64,000 nucleotides of DNA from Eledone cirrhosa (GCA_964016885.1 CAXHJY010001637.1:1-64000); one strand, 5' to 3'; counted from the stretch's first letter, positions 49,405-63,815 are shown. Notes: generated from the letters alone by a model not told the origin. Made by a program: numbers and translations.

Positions 49405-49483
<79 letters not shown>

Positions 49484-49512
49484 ATATATATATATATATA
49501 CCATATATATAT

Positions 49513-49563
<51 letters not shown>

Positions 49564-49569
49564 TAAATA

Positions 49570-49619
<50 letters not shown>

Positions 49620-49643
49620 TATATTTATATATGATATATATAT

Positions 49644-49687
<44 letters not shown>

Positions 49688-49818
49688 TAAATGTAAGTAT
49701 GTATGTATGTACAAAGAGTGAGAAATGAAATTTCGTTTTCATTTTATTTCAACTTATTTATATATCAATATATATATATATATATATATATCAATATATA
49801 TATTGATATATATATATA

Positions 49819-49891
<73 letters not shown>

Positions 49892-49917
49892 ATATATATA
49901 TATGATATATATATATA

Positions 49918-50006
<89 letters not shown>

Positions 50007-50132
50007 TCATACATACATATATGTATGTGTGTGTGCGTGCGTGTTTGTGTGCGGCAGGTAGCCTATATGCATTTCTATGTCCCTCTCTCTATATATATAT
50101 GTATATGTGTGCGCGTGTTTGTGTGTCTGTGT

Positions 50133-50163
<31 letters not shown>

Positions 50164-50180
50164 GATAGAGGGTAGATAGA

Positions 50181-50224
<44 letters not shown>

Positions 50225-50269
50225 GAGTGAGATAGAGAGAGACTGGCACATAGATATATAGATAGGTAG

Positions 50270-50300
<31 letters not shown>

Positions 50301-51961
50301 GAGAGATAAATAGGTAGATAGATAGATAGATAGATAGTGAGGTAGATAGAGAGTGAGAGAGAGAGAGAGTGAGCGAAAGAGAAAAAGAGAGAGAGGTAGA
50401 GAGGGATAAAGAGCGAAAAAGAATGGGATTGAAACATTGATTAGGATAGGGTCGAGCTGAGAGTCCATTATTTTATGGTAATGAAAAGGAGGGAAGCTGT
50501 TAATGTGAAGTGCCTTGAGTGGTATGTCTGTGTATATTGTGGTGAACCTTGTGAAGTAGAAAGGTTTAGTTTTAGATGAGATGCAGCTGAAGTACTGCAG
50601 CACATCTATATATCGATAACGTTCAGTGTTGTGTGGGATCTGGCATGAACTAATAGGTTGGTTTGTTTCATCGGCTGAACATGTAGCAACATGGTTTCGA
50701 GGCGAGAAATATATCATGGATGTTTGGAATATCTATGTGTCGGTCTGAATGCAACTAATTCAGGTAGAGTTTACAGTTGAAACAAAATGTGGGATCAGTA
50801 TGTTACTAGTGCAAGAGATTGAGAAGGGTTGTAAACGAAGTACGATATTTTCGGTACAAAGAGGCGAGGTATACTTTCGGGTCCCAAATAATAGGGAGGG
50901 AGTTGGAATAACGGATGGGGTTGGAACATCGGTAACTTTTCTAGGTTGTCTCCATTGATCTTTTAAAAACCAGAATTAGTCGTTTAGTTTTAGAGAGAAG
51001 AAGTTTACAGTTTTTCGTTTTTCACATTTACAGAAGGGTGGAATGTGAAGGTATGCTACGTGTTGACAACAATAATGATACAGCCCCCCCCCCCCCCCCC
51101 CCCGATCCCCGTTGTCGAGATCCTTGTCCGATACGTCCCGCAGAACGAACTCCAGTTAAGGAAGCTAATGACCAGGAGGTCGTATTAAAATGGGTGGCGT
51201 GGTGTATCTAGAGCTAATTGCAGGGACGGTATAATACTACAAGAATCACGATACGAAACTTTCAACTTACAGATTGAATCGTCATTGAACGATATCACTT
51301 TAGTTTTATAGACTTAAGTTCGTGGCCAAGCAGGAGAAAACTTTCATTCTCATATTACATGAACATGAAATGATCGGAATTATATCAACTATCCAGTAAA
51401 TGTTATGGGATAGTTTCGTACACACGAAGGCTCATTATAGTCGCATAAATTACAGAACTAAATAAACACACAGGTTCTCACATGCAGTGATATCTACATA
51501 CACGTACATAAACAAAGACAGACAAATACATGTAACTATACATGTGTCTTAAAGACACTTCCAAATGATAATGCATTTGAAAACCATAATTTATTACTCA
51601 CCAAGAGTTTTTAACTTTAAACATATAACAACCTGATGAATATTACGAGCGATATTAAGAAATACCAACATTATTATTTTTCCATTTGCCACTGCAAAAC
51701 GTGGAGTTAATTAATTTATTCTGGAATACATTGCAATTATCTGTCAAAAGATACGAACCCATGAATCAAAGACAGGGATAATGAATCAGTATACAAGCAA
51801 TGAGCTTCGACAATTTATATCACCTTACTTCAAATTTAACTACTTTCTTTTTATTTTTCACTAGTTTACATTCTTCCACGCCTTATATGGAGAACAGGAT
51901 GATAGCTACATCGGAGCGAGCACAAATACGGGCATAGGTAAACAGACGTGCACACACACAC

Positions 51962-52004
<43 letters not shown>

Positions 52005-52327
52005 TACACACACACAGACATACACACATATACACACGCACATACACATACACACAGGACATACACACACATACACACGCACATACACACATACACATAT
52101 ATACACACTCACACACATGCACACACTCACATTCACAGATACACATACTTGCGCAGACATACATACACACTCACACATACATACACACACACATACACAC
52201 ACATACACATACATACATACACACTCGCACACATACACGCACACACACACACATACATGCACATACAAACATACATACACACACACATACACGCACATAT
52301 ATACACACTCACACACACATACACACG

Positions 52328-52380
<53 letters not shown>

Positions 52381-52700
52381 ACACATACACACATACAAAT
52401 GCGCAAATATAATTTTATTGATGTCTAAAGGAAATGAAACCTATCTAGTGTTAGTGTTTACGTTAGCAAACATAATGTAGTGAAACCAATAAACACACGC
52501 ACTCAAACACACACACGCACCCTCACAGACACGCTCACACACACGCAGTCACATATATATTTATAAACATGAATCCCCCTCTCTCTCTCGTTATATATAT
52601 ATATATAAAATATTATAAAATAAGAAGGAATAATAGACACAATATACCTATTTTTTCTACTCATTTATTCTTTTAGCTGTTCCAGGTATATAATGATATA

Positions 52701-52758
<58 letters not shown>

Positions 52759-53208
52759 GTGTGTGTGTGTGTGTGCATGTGTGTGTGCGTGAACAAATTT
52801 ATGTATTTATGAACTTAAAAATATTTCTTAAGAATGTAATATTTTAGGCCTTGTTGATTCAAGTGTTTATCGAAGAAGCCAGTATTTTGATTTTAATAAG
52901 ATTTATAACATTGAATAGTTAGTTGAAAAACTTTTTATATAGTCAAAATATATATAAGTATACTTATAAATCCTGTTATTATGTTTTTCTATGTTCATGA
53001 TGTTTCTAATTTTCAGTAAAGAAAATCCGCAATCAACATCATATAAAACCATCAATAATATTAAGTAACATAAAACAGAGATTCATCGAGTTAACTTCTT
53101 AGATTTACTCGTGTAGTCACAGGTTGGTTCTGAGAGCACAAAGTTAGTTGTAATCAACATGTGATATACTCAAGGTGAAGTTTGAGTATAGACGGACCTG
53201 CTAAAATA

Positions 53209-53306
<98 letters not shown>

Positions 53307-53325
53307 ATATATATAATATAATATA

Positions 53326-53375
<50 letters not shown>

Positions 53376-53431
53376 TATATATATATATATATATATATTT
53401 ATAATATATATATATATATATAATATATTAT

Positions 53432-54090
53432 ATAAAGTTAAATAAAAGTCAAATGATTAAAATTTAGCTTCGTTTATTACTGCTATATATATTCAGTGAC
53501 AGCCATCTTTGCTGTGACCTCTTCAGGCAGTTTGAATTAGTATGGTATAGACAAGTATATATGTTGTTTAGGTGTATGATATTGTCAATACTCTGATATG
53601 CCCAGTTCCTTGCTGGGTTGTTAATTCACTGGGGAACTGGAGTCATATGAATTCAAACAAACGAACTTTCGTGTCACAGGTCCCCTTCTCCTCTCATTGG
53701 TCAGTTATTAGTGTTGTCATTGTTGGAGTTAGCTTAAAAATTGATAAAATGGTAGAAGGACAAGGTGTTGAAGGAACAAAATATCAAAAAATGTGTCAAA
53801 CTTCCCATTGTTCAGTTCTGAGAGCATTCCTCAGTCAGAAGTCTATAGAATTCTTTTTGGGGTGAGGCTCCCTGTAGTGTTTATGCCTGAAGAGGTCACA
53901 GCCAAAGATGGCTGTCACTGAAATATATATAGCAGTAATAAACGAAGCTAAATTTTAATCATTTGACTTTATTTAACTTTATTTTACACTACTCCGGAGT
54001 AACCAAACCAACCTGCGCACTTCGTTGAGTGCTCCAGCCTGCATACTGATGGTGTTGGTATACAACCAACATAAACTCAAATCTAATATA
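53432..54090. mobile_element. Fold-back insertion with an HHR in each arm (53479-53531 minus; 53884-53934 plus)
   Basis: 53432-53529 is the inverse of 53884-53981. Plus arm: tgc-CTGAAGA-g-gtcacagcc(aaagat)ggctgtcac-t-GAAA-tatata-TA-gca, beginning at stem I; ~105-bp tail. Confidence 0.88.
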
Positions 54091-54094
54091 TTAT

Positions 54095-54147
<53 letters not shown>

Positions 54148-54384
54148 TATATATATACGGATTAACAAATAATAGTTAATGCAGTCCACTTAGGTGAAAT
54201 CCAGTTATGGTATTCCAGGTAGTGGATGATATTAACGCTTGGCTTGGTTTGACTCAACAAGGCGTTTTCATAGTGATGCTGCGGTATGCTGTAATTCCCT
54301 ATGTTGTAAACACTTGGAGTAATAATAAATCAGGAAAGAAGGTTTACATGGTTTGCTATACAAAAAAAGTTTTTTAATCACATA

Positions 54385-54489
54385 GCTTACATTTGTTTCA
54401 CTGAGCTGTATGTCTAGAGATCGCTATCCGCCTAATTTTGCGTCACTCGATCGCCAATACAGAATTATAACCAGTCAGATCTTCGGAGC
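54385..54489 (-). ncRNA. Type I HHR, U4C core, ~80-nt stem II domain
   Basis: GCU-CCGAAGA-UCUGACUG...CUGUA...UACAG.CUCAGU-GAAA-CAAAUG-UA-AGC, ~225 nt from a (TA)n junction; same stem I/III signature as 8537 and 11248. Confidence 0.6.
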
Positions 54490-54811
54490 ATGCGAGAATG
54501 AAGAAAATACACAGGCAAGAAAATAAAAGAAAATATGGAGTAGTTATGGCATTCAATTAGTACAATAACAACAACAATTATTACAACAATGCTATCAATA
54601 AACTATTTAAGGAGACCCTGACATTACTTAGGTGGGGGGTATATAATGTATCTAATGTTACGGCGTGAAAACCAGCTGTCATAAGGCAAAAAGTATCGTA
54701 GTGTGTATCAATTTTAATTATAAAGATAAGCTAGTTTTTACAGTCTTTTATATATATATAAAATATGAGAAGAAAGAAGAAAGAAGAAAGAAATACATAT
54801 ATATATATATA

Positions 54812-54909
54812 CAAGGTGTCCCAAAAATGTATACAGACTTTGATTACCTGTCAGGCAATATTTATTAGAATGCTGTTGATGTGTGTATACATTTTTTTGA
54901 GACACCTTG
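54812..54909. mobile_element. ~98-bp MITE with Tc1/mariner-like TIRs
   Basis: caaggtgtcccaaaaatgtataca ... tgtatacatttttttgagacaccttg; TA on the left, TC on the right. Confidence 0.65.
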
Positions 54910-54921
54910 TCTATGGAGAGA

Positions 54922-55014
<93 letters not shown>

Positions 55015-55015
55015 T

Positions 55016-55062
<47 letters not shown>

Positions 55063-55418
55063 CAGACAGTCATGAATCCTAGCAATATGTATGATAGTTC
55101 ATTACTGCACAAGGACTTCACAAGTAGTTGGGGCTAGGACTTCATATTTATGAGAATTAAACCAAAGATAGGGACATGATTGCTAGATTGGTCTACAAGA
55201 AGATTACGGTACTTTGTAGCAATCTCAAGGTGCCGCAACTCGCCACTTTTTGAAAATACCTTATACAGACCTGCCAACTATAAAAAACCCAAACAGGAGC
55301 ACCATGAAAAGAAGTTCCACAAAGTGGGGAAAAAATGAGGCAAAATGGCAGATTTTACATAACGAAAGCTATACCCATTTTCACAAGAGAAGACATCTCT
55401 CACCCAAGACATCTCTCA

Positions 55419-55520
55419 GGCAAAGTTAACCTCGGCGGATTTGAACTCAGATCATAAAGGGGCTTAACCCTATGCTGGAAAGCATGGCGTCGACCCTCTA
55501 CCAATACTGCCAATCCACCA
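55419..55520 (-). mobile_element. SINE 5' half (same family as 37936)
   Basis: Aligns with 38017-38119. Confidence 0.8.
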
Positions 55521-56914
55521 TCCACAACAACTAAACAATGATATCATATTTGTTTTTTAGATAAATCATACGAGAAAAAGACAAACAACTATTTTTTATT
55601 CCCAAATACAATAAATTATAACTGATATGAATACATTATACAGGTTATTGATTCCAATATTATATAAACTGATATCAATATAACATAAATAACGACCTTG
55701 AATTAGAAATAACACTTAAAAGATATTATTACCTTTAAATATAAACTATTGAATGATTCATAAAACAATATTGCAACATGCCACAAACTATTGATTTAGC
55801 TACATAAATGAAAAGAAATGTTGATGTAATTAACAGTAAAAGTAACATTTATGGTCAACTTGCTTTATTAGGTAAAGATTTCAGAGCAGGTTTTTTTTTT
55901 TACAAATCATGTTGAGCAAAATCATAAAAATCTGATGATATAAAATTAGGAAACTGCGAATAAAATGTATCATAGTTTAAAACAGCTTTCTGTTACATAG
56001 AGGCGGGCTCAGTAGCAACATTGTTAGAACATCGGACAGAATGACCTAAGGTATTTGTTCTTGCTCTCAGTGCTCGAGTTTATATCGTGGCAACGTCAAC
56101 TTTCATTCCTCCTTCTCTAGAGGAAATCATCTGTATTCATACCTGGAGAAGGGTGAGCCCTGCAAGTTCCCAAGACACGCTGTATGTCAAAGTGACGCCT
56201 ATATAACTTCACTAGGTGTTACCAGTCCAAATACATAGTTCTGTCTTTCTTTCTTTCTTTCTTTCTTGTCCATAAAAAATAGTACCAGTACTGGATCGAT
56301 TCTTTCTCTAATCTCTTTTTTCTCTAATCTCTTTTTTATTTCTGCTAAATCACTCTTTCCTTCTCTGGAACAAATAGGTTATGTTTAGGCCCGAAGAGTA
56401 GATGGGCTCCACCAGGTTTAAACAGTGCCCCAGAAACACCGTATGTCACTACGGCACATCTACAATTCAACCGGGTATTACAGGTACATACCTACATATA
56501 TTTCTGTTTCTTGCACTTTAGAAGAATTACAATGGAATGAAAACTGGAAACATCTTGAGTTTATCCGACTCTAGGAATCTCTGTTTTAATGAGTTCTTCA
56601 GAAAAAAACACTCCACTCAATGAGGACTCATTGTGCATATGGCCAAAATGTATCCGCATTATCTGAGCTTGCAATGAGGTGTTTGTTTGTTTCAATAGTA
56701 AAAGTTACCTGGGATATTCTTTGTTCCATCCAGAAACATACCCTTTTATCACTTACACTCGCGTCTCGAATAATCACCACGCCCACTTATTAACTTTTTC
56801 AGATCCCTCCCCCACCGCCTATTAAGTTTTGCTAATCTATCTTCGGCAAATTTTTATTTTAAGTGGTAGCATTCCTGCGATAATTGATTTTCTGTAGACA
56901 TTAAAAAAGCATAC

Positions 56915-57283
56915 AGGCTCCAGAATAGAGCCGCTTTTTCTCTCCGATACTATAAGCATGTGGTTAGAATGTCTCAGGAAAGAATTGGTGAACAGATTTT
57001 ACGGGCATAACCAACCGGCAGGAGACTCAGGGGTAGACGCCAAGCAGGATGGTTGGATAACATACATGAGCTCGTCTAGACTCGCTTGGGGATCCAGCCG
57101 GATCAGTTGGAAGCGGTTGTTTCTGAGAGGATCCGCTCGAAGGAGTGTTTGAGGATTCTGTCCCCCACGACTCTGCCAGGAAGAAGAAGAAGAAGAAGAA
57201 GAAGAAGAAGAAGAAGAAGAAGAAGAAGAAGAAGAAGAAGAAGAAGAAGAAGAAGAAGAAGAAGAAGAAGAAGAAGAAGAAGA
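56915..57283 (+). mobile_element. Decayed 3' end of an RTE-clade LINE with a (GAA)n tail
   Basis: Manual translation HVVRMSQERIGEQILRA*PTGRRLRGRRQAGWLDNIHELV*TRLGIQPDQLEAVVSER, followed by ~100 bp of (GAA)n. Confidence 0.8.
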
Positions 57284-57578
57284 TAGCCATTCTTTCCTAT
57301 TTTGTCCTAGGAATATACCGTAAACAAGCTTATCAGGTGAAGTCTTTGATCAATGACTTGTAGTTTATATCATACGTGACGGTAATTATGGAACTATCAT
57401 ATGTTGATGTAAGTAATACACTAAGTAGACGTCTAATTTCTCATGATGTCTTCTAGAATCGTTTATTTCCATCATTTAATCATCCCACCAATTATAAATC
57501 ATTTACGGACAACACTCACACGCACACACATACACACAGACAAATATATATATATACATATATATATGTATATATATA

Positions 57579-57641
<63 letters not shown>

Positions 57642-57715
57642 CATATGTATATATATATAATATATATATATACATATATATGTATGTATGTATATATATA
57701 TTATATATGTATATG

Positions 57716-57764
<49 letters not shown>

Positions 57765-57796
57765 TATATATATATATATATATACACACACACATG

Positions 57797-57865
<69 letters not shown>

Positions 57866-57891
57866 ATTATATATATATATACACACACATG

Positions 57892-57949
<58 letters not shown>

Positions 57950-58117
57950 AATGCTAAGCATTTAACCTAATGTTTCGATTATTTCAGGCAAAGACAGCAA
58001 AAACTATCGATGGATATATCGGATGGAAGAATGGCGAAATGGAAGAGGATAAAGGGAAGGTGAAGGGGGAAAGAGAGAAAGGAGAGAAAAATATACACAC
58101 ACACATATATATATATA

Positions 58118-58301
<184 letters not shown>

Positions 58302-58305
58302 TATA

Positions 58306-58805
58306 TATTGTTATATTTGGGGAGGGTCATATTTGCGTAATATTGCCAGAATTAATAACAGAACACACTCACTGTTTGGTTGGTTTTCGCTTCTCGCTGT
58401 CTTTTATATATATATATCTGCGATCTAACTTACTCGGTCCTCAATGTTGCCATTGACTGACCGGCGGTCAAAAATAATACAGATACAATATAGACAAACA
58501 CATATATATATAGTTTACATAATTTACATAAATCTTTTGTTGCACATCTGCAACATCGTCAGTGGTGTTATATTCATTGTTCCTCCTGTTGTGTTGTATG
58601 TCTACGCCATTTTTTTTTTTTTTTTTTTTGTTCAGTCTGTCTATATATTTATTTATTTATTTGCTTGTTTGTTTATCTTATTTTATTTTGTCTTCTTTGC
58701 GCATGCGTTTGCGTGTGTGTATAGTGTTATGTGTGATGTGTGACTAGTGTGTATAGTGTTGTGTCTGCTGGGTGACTAGTGTGCAAAACTAATTCATCGC
58801 CGCTA
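58306..58805 (-). mobile_element. Diverged terminal fragment related to the 16652-22372 PLE
   Basis: attgttatatttggggagggtcat versus attgttatactttgggagggtcat (both encode MTLPKYNN on minus); similar ttggttgg and gcgcatgcg motifs; (TA)n flanks. Confidence 0.6.
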
Positions 58806-59111
<306 letters not shown>

Positions 59112-59162
59112 ATATATAATATATATATATGTATATATATATATATATGTATATATATATAC

Positions 59163-59275
<113 letters not shown>

Positions 59276-59353
59276 ATATATATATAAAAGTAGCGAAACA
59301 AACGGTTATTAAACAATTTTCTAAATATTGTACCTGTTGAAGTATCCATCCAC

Positions 59354-59388
<35 letters not shown>

Positions 59389-59495
59389 TATATATATATG
59401 ATGTCAACATGAATGGACCTGTTATTTTTATCTAAAGACATTTTTTTCCAGTCACAACTCGCCTGTCCCCTCAATCTATCTTATTTCTCATTCTT

Positions 59496-59531
59496 TCTTG
59501 TGATGAAGGACTAGCGTCCGAAACGTTCAGA
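59496..59531 (+). ncRNA. Degenerate minimal HHR
   Basis: GTGATGA-a-ggac(tagc)gtcc-GAAA-cg-TT; C3 is replaced by G and stem I is weak. Confidence 0.5.
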
Positions 59532-59625
59532 CCCTCTTCCTGTTATATCAAACGTTAGCCTAATATATCCCTTCCATGTGTTATTATTTCTATTTACCTT
59601 TTACACACACACACACACACACAAG

Positions 59626-59658
<33 letters not shown>

Positions 59659-60056
59659 GTATACATATGTGTGTGTGTGTGTGTGTGTGCTTGTGTATGT
59701 GTGTGTGATTATTCATATTCCCGGGATTATTTCTTGTAATAAATGTCAAGTATAAGAATGAGGCTTGGTTATGTTTGGAGTTAATAGCGAAGTACTAACA
59801 TCCATAATGTTAGCATTTATCTACAACTCCTACCTCTAAATGTTTAATTGGCAGTAGCACTAAAATAGGTCTTGTGTGGCACTTGCGTAAATTTCAGACA
59901 CTCTAATATCCAACTGTGGGGGACCATGCTGTAGAATTTCTTACAGCTCCCTCCCTACATCATGGCTAAGTTCTTGTGTCACTTTTTACAATCTTCAAGT
60001 AGATCATCGTTTTCATCCTGTCTTTTCTGGAGAATCTATGACTACATCATCTATTA

Positions 60057-60093
60057 CTAGCAGAAAACCACCCTTCGGGTGGTTTTCTGCTAG
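60057..60093. repeat. Perfect 17-bp-stem hairpin bounded by CTAG
   Basis: ctagcagaaaaccaccc-ttc-gggtggttttctgctag. Confidence 0.9.
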
Positions 60094-61304
60094 AATGTGT
60101 AGTGTGTATATTGATATTATACGCAAGTATATAAGCATGTAGATATGATACATCAAATAAAATCGTAATTGACAATATACACAGAAATTGAAAAAGACGA
60201 TATTATATATAAACTGCACGAGGAGAAAATTAGTGACGAAAATATATGAATGTTTATTTAAGCGATCGCTAACAGTGTTGATATTTGAAAATTTTATTAA
60301 GTGAATCTTTAAATAAGCAATAAAATATATTTAATCAAAAGCTACGAAATTTAGCAGATAAATTATGTAATATTCATTCGTTATTTATTCAAAGTAATCC
60401 AACTTATTTTACAAATGGGATAACACATTATATTCTGGATACAGTTCCGCATTCTTTATTATAGTTAAGATGTGTCCTTCCATTGTTTAAGACAATGTGG
60501 TGTAATTTGAGAGGAATTTCTAGCAGATTAAGCAAATACATTGACGCAACCTGGTTGGCACGTGATGATCTCTTTGGTTCTACTGTCTTGAAGTGAACTG
60601 AAAAACTAAGAAAATTATACTAGACTACCCATTGAATTAAAAAGAATATGGAAGTTAAGTTAAATGCGAAGTGTATGTTAATGTGTTAGGTGTGTAACGA
60701 CTGCGGATATTGACTTCTTTAAAAGGCTATTAAACGAAGTTATACACAAGGATATATTGTAAAGATATTTAGTGAAAGTGCATTTTTAGGGTTTCGTTTT
60801 CTACACTGAACATTGACGTCTAATTTTAATTATCGTGTAACATTGCAATATTAAGTTGTGTCGTTATTGAGAAAATCGATACGTTTCACACAATCCAAGA
60901 AAATATTTGATTTCACAATGAGAAATATGTTAGGATAAATGTTAGAAAGTTCTTAGCAAAAAAGGAGAATGAAATAGATAGATATATACTGATTTTTAAA
61001 CTAAGTACAATATCAGACATTCTCTAGGCATACATAGTCAATTTAATCAACCCAAAGCTAACTCAGAATGAAATAATGACGTGGTCATGGCACCGGGGTT
61101 AACTTTACCTTTCATCTATTCGGGGTTGATAAATACCAGCTGAAGAGCCACCCCACCTCGAGAAGCTCCTTTCTCAGATGAGCTGCTGACGTTCCGATTT
61201 TGTGAGGAGCTCCGCTGCAAGGGTCCGAGGACGCCTGAGGTCTCGACGGCTACCAGTATTTGCTTGTCTTCTCGTCCTCTGCATTGCAGGCCACGGTACC
61301 GAAA

Positions 61305-61541
61305 GGCGCATGGCTTAGTGGCTAGAACATTGGGCTTGCAATCGAATGGTTGTCAGTTCAATTCTCTGACCGGGTGATGTGTTGTTTCCTTGAGCAAGAC
61401 ACTTTATTTCACGTTGCTCCAGTTTACTCAGCTGTAGAAATGAGATGATAGGACTGGGGTCCCTATCATTAAATTACCCAAGCCACCTCCAACGAGATAT
61501 ACCTTGGAGGAGGCCAGCTAAACCTGTAACAGACAGACATA
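61305..61541 (+). mobile_element. tRNA-derived SINE of a second family with a ~28-bp flanking direct repeat
   Basis: ggcgcatggcttagtgg (A box), agttcaattc (B-box-like), ccttgagcaagacacttt core; ctctgcattgcaggccayggtaccg at 61277 and 61542. Confidence 0.8.
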
Positions 61542-62097
61542 CTCTGCATTGCAGGCCATGGTACCGGAAATTGTGCAGCAACTAAGTTGTAGGTGGAGAA
61601 CTTGTCTATAGTCAGTCAGAACCGAATCCGCTGGCATGTTTTACCTACCTTACAATTGAAACTTATCCTCAATTCTAATTACTAGATGGTTGTAATACCG
61701 GCTGTGCAACACTCACATATTCAACGTATCGAGACAGCAATTTAGATAAATATTTTTTCCGTTAATTCATGTTTTCGGATGTATAATAACACATGACTGA
61801 ATTATGTTTACGATATTATCTAGACAGAGCGCAGCTCTATATTATTATACAATTAATATTAATCCATCATTATTATAGTTTATTGTTATTTAGTTTCTGT
61901 GTCTGTCTATGATTACATGTTGCACAGTATAACCTGTTTTTCTTTGTAAAATTCATGTGAATCATATTTCTGTAATAGTTAAAATTCTAAATGCTAAAGT
62001 TAGATTTATCGACAAAATGAAACAAAATAAAAGCTGACAGAGATGACATGAAATGACAAAAAGATTGAAACGATAGAAATTAATCGTTAAAATAAAT

Positions 62098-62221
62098 AAT
62101 TGTTTCTACTTTTGGCACAAGGCCAGCAATTACCCAGTACATTACTGGTACTTTATTTTATCGACCCCGTAAGGATGAAAGGCAAAGTTAACCTCAGCGG
62201 GATTTGAACTCAGACCGTAAA
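62098..62221 (-). mobile_element. SINE fragment (same family as 37936)
   Basis: Aligns with 37933-38057. Confidence 0.85.
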
Positions 62222-62612
62222 ATAATGTTTTATAACGATAAAAAGAAATGTGTGATAGAAAGAATTTAGAAATAGTAGAGTTGGATGTATTCATTAACAT
62301 CAGAAAAACAACTAAAAATCCAAAAATTACATCTAAAACTTGAAGTAACTTCTTTGTTATTCAATAGAAAAAAGATTTGAAAGATTTTCTTTCTCGAATG
62401 AACAACTAATAACATTTTTATTAAAGGAAATGCAATATGTTTTAATGAAATTGAAAAGTCAAACCTGCTGAGAAATGAAACAGAATGGGGAATTATATTG
62501 AGGAAGCGTTCATAAGCCACCCATTGGGGGTAGAATAAGGTTAAACAGGTCGATGATATAATTCTTATTCCTAGAGTAGAGAAGATCTCTAACGGCGGCA
62601 GATAAAGAAGCA

Positions 62613-62677
62613 ATGTCCTTTTCAAACAACACCATAGAAGAAAATAGCACAGATGACGACACAAACAATAAAACTGA
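62613..62677 (+). CDS. Possible first coding exon of a glycosylated membrane protein (speculative)
   Basis: Acceptor-like ttcttattcctag at 62562-62574, ATG 62613, MSFSNNTIEENSTDDDTNNKT (three N-x-S/T sequons), donor GTGAGT at 62678. Confidence 0.2.
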
Positions 62678-62804
62678 GTGAGTTCTCATCTTCCCCGAAG
62701 TCACAAAACTGTTGCAAACAAAGAAGATTTCTGGTTAATACATAAAACCTGAATTATACAAGCCCCCACCCCCACCTGCCTGAAGCAGAGACTGAATAAA
62801 AAGC

Positions 62805-63277
62805 ATATGTGATGATATGATATGGTATATGATATGAAATCATATGATGTGGCATATGATATGATGTGTGATATGATGTGATATGATATGATGTGTTATA
62901 AGATGATATGATATGGTATGATATGATGTGATATGATATGATATGATGTAATATGATATGATATGATGTGATATGATGTGATGTGATATGTGATATGATA
63001 TGATATGATATGATATGATATGATATGATATGGTATGGTATGGTATGGTATGATATGATGTGATATGATATGTGATATGATATGATGTGATGTGATATGA
63101 TATGATATGATATGTGATATGATATGCTAGAATATGTGATATGATGTCATATGATATGATGTGATGTGATATGTGATATGATGTGATATGGTGTGATATG
63201 ATATGATGTGATATGTAATATTATGTGATATGATATGATATGATGTGATGAGATATGATGTTATATGATATGGTATG
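62805..63277. repeat. (ATATG)n / (ATGTG)n pentanucleotide satellite
   Basis: Directly visible. Confidence 0.95.
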
Positions 63278-63361
63278 AAATGAGTTGCGATGTCACTGAT
63301 GCTAAGATGTATCGGGTTCAATTCTAGCCCAGCAGTAGCCATTTCTATATTAAATTTGATG

Positions 63362-63414
<53 letters not shown>

Positions 63415-63439
63415 CCAATAGTGGATCTTATATATATAT

Positions 63440-63629
63440 AGGAAAAGAGTCAGGACCCCGACGTCTGAGCTCCGGGCGTTTGAACTGCTAGTTCTGAACT
63501 AGCTGTTGAAACGGCCGGAGCTCAGCCGTCGGGGTTGTGAATCTTTTTTCTATTACCCACTCTATTACCCTAAGTATCGAGTACTCTGGAACGTTATGGT
63601 CCATCTGGTTCCTTACCACACTTCTTTCG

Positions 63630-63633
<4 letters not shown>
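63440..63633. mobile_element. Diverged fold-back pair of the 14361-HHR family, inverted inside stem II
   Basis: Centre gctagttc-t-gaactagc; plus arm GAAAcggc..gagctc.agccgTCggggt; tail 63550-63633 aligns with the reverse complement of 14677-14758. Confidence 0.85.
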
Positions 63634-63673
<40 letters not shown>

Positions 63674-63815
63674 TTAGGTTAATAGGAGTTAGGTATTGTA
63701 TACCCGTGTCCCATTAAGGTATTGGCAGCATAATAATTAGCTCTATGCTTTGGAGCAGAGGCGTATATATGAAAAAGAACACAAGAGCGTCTACAACATC
63801 AAAAGGTTTTTATTG

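Larger units (their letters stand above)
48195..49410 (-). mobile_element. Non-coding tandem-HHR element (retrozyme-like, 595-nt unit, ~1.5 copies) with an inverted arm
   Basis: Direct repeats 48195-48494 / 48790-49089 (period 595); 49090-49410 is the inverse of ~48624-48945; no substantial ORF; (TA)n flanks. Confidence 0.85.

Noticed and set aside
50440-50960. Non-repetitive part of minus-strand ORF 50007-50717
   Set aside because: No recognisable domain; the ORF length is inflated by the adjacent microsatellite.
51630-51670. CTGATGA...GAAA at HHR-like spacing
   Set aside because: A stem II is possible, but there is no stem III, UH site or stem I complement.
62266-62704. Minus-strand ORFs of 132 and 64 aa
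   Set aside because: No recognisable domain; composition fits the antisense of A-rich non-coding DNA.
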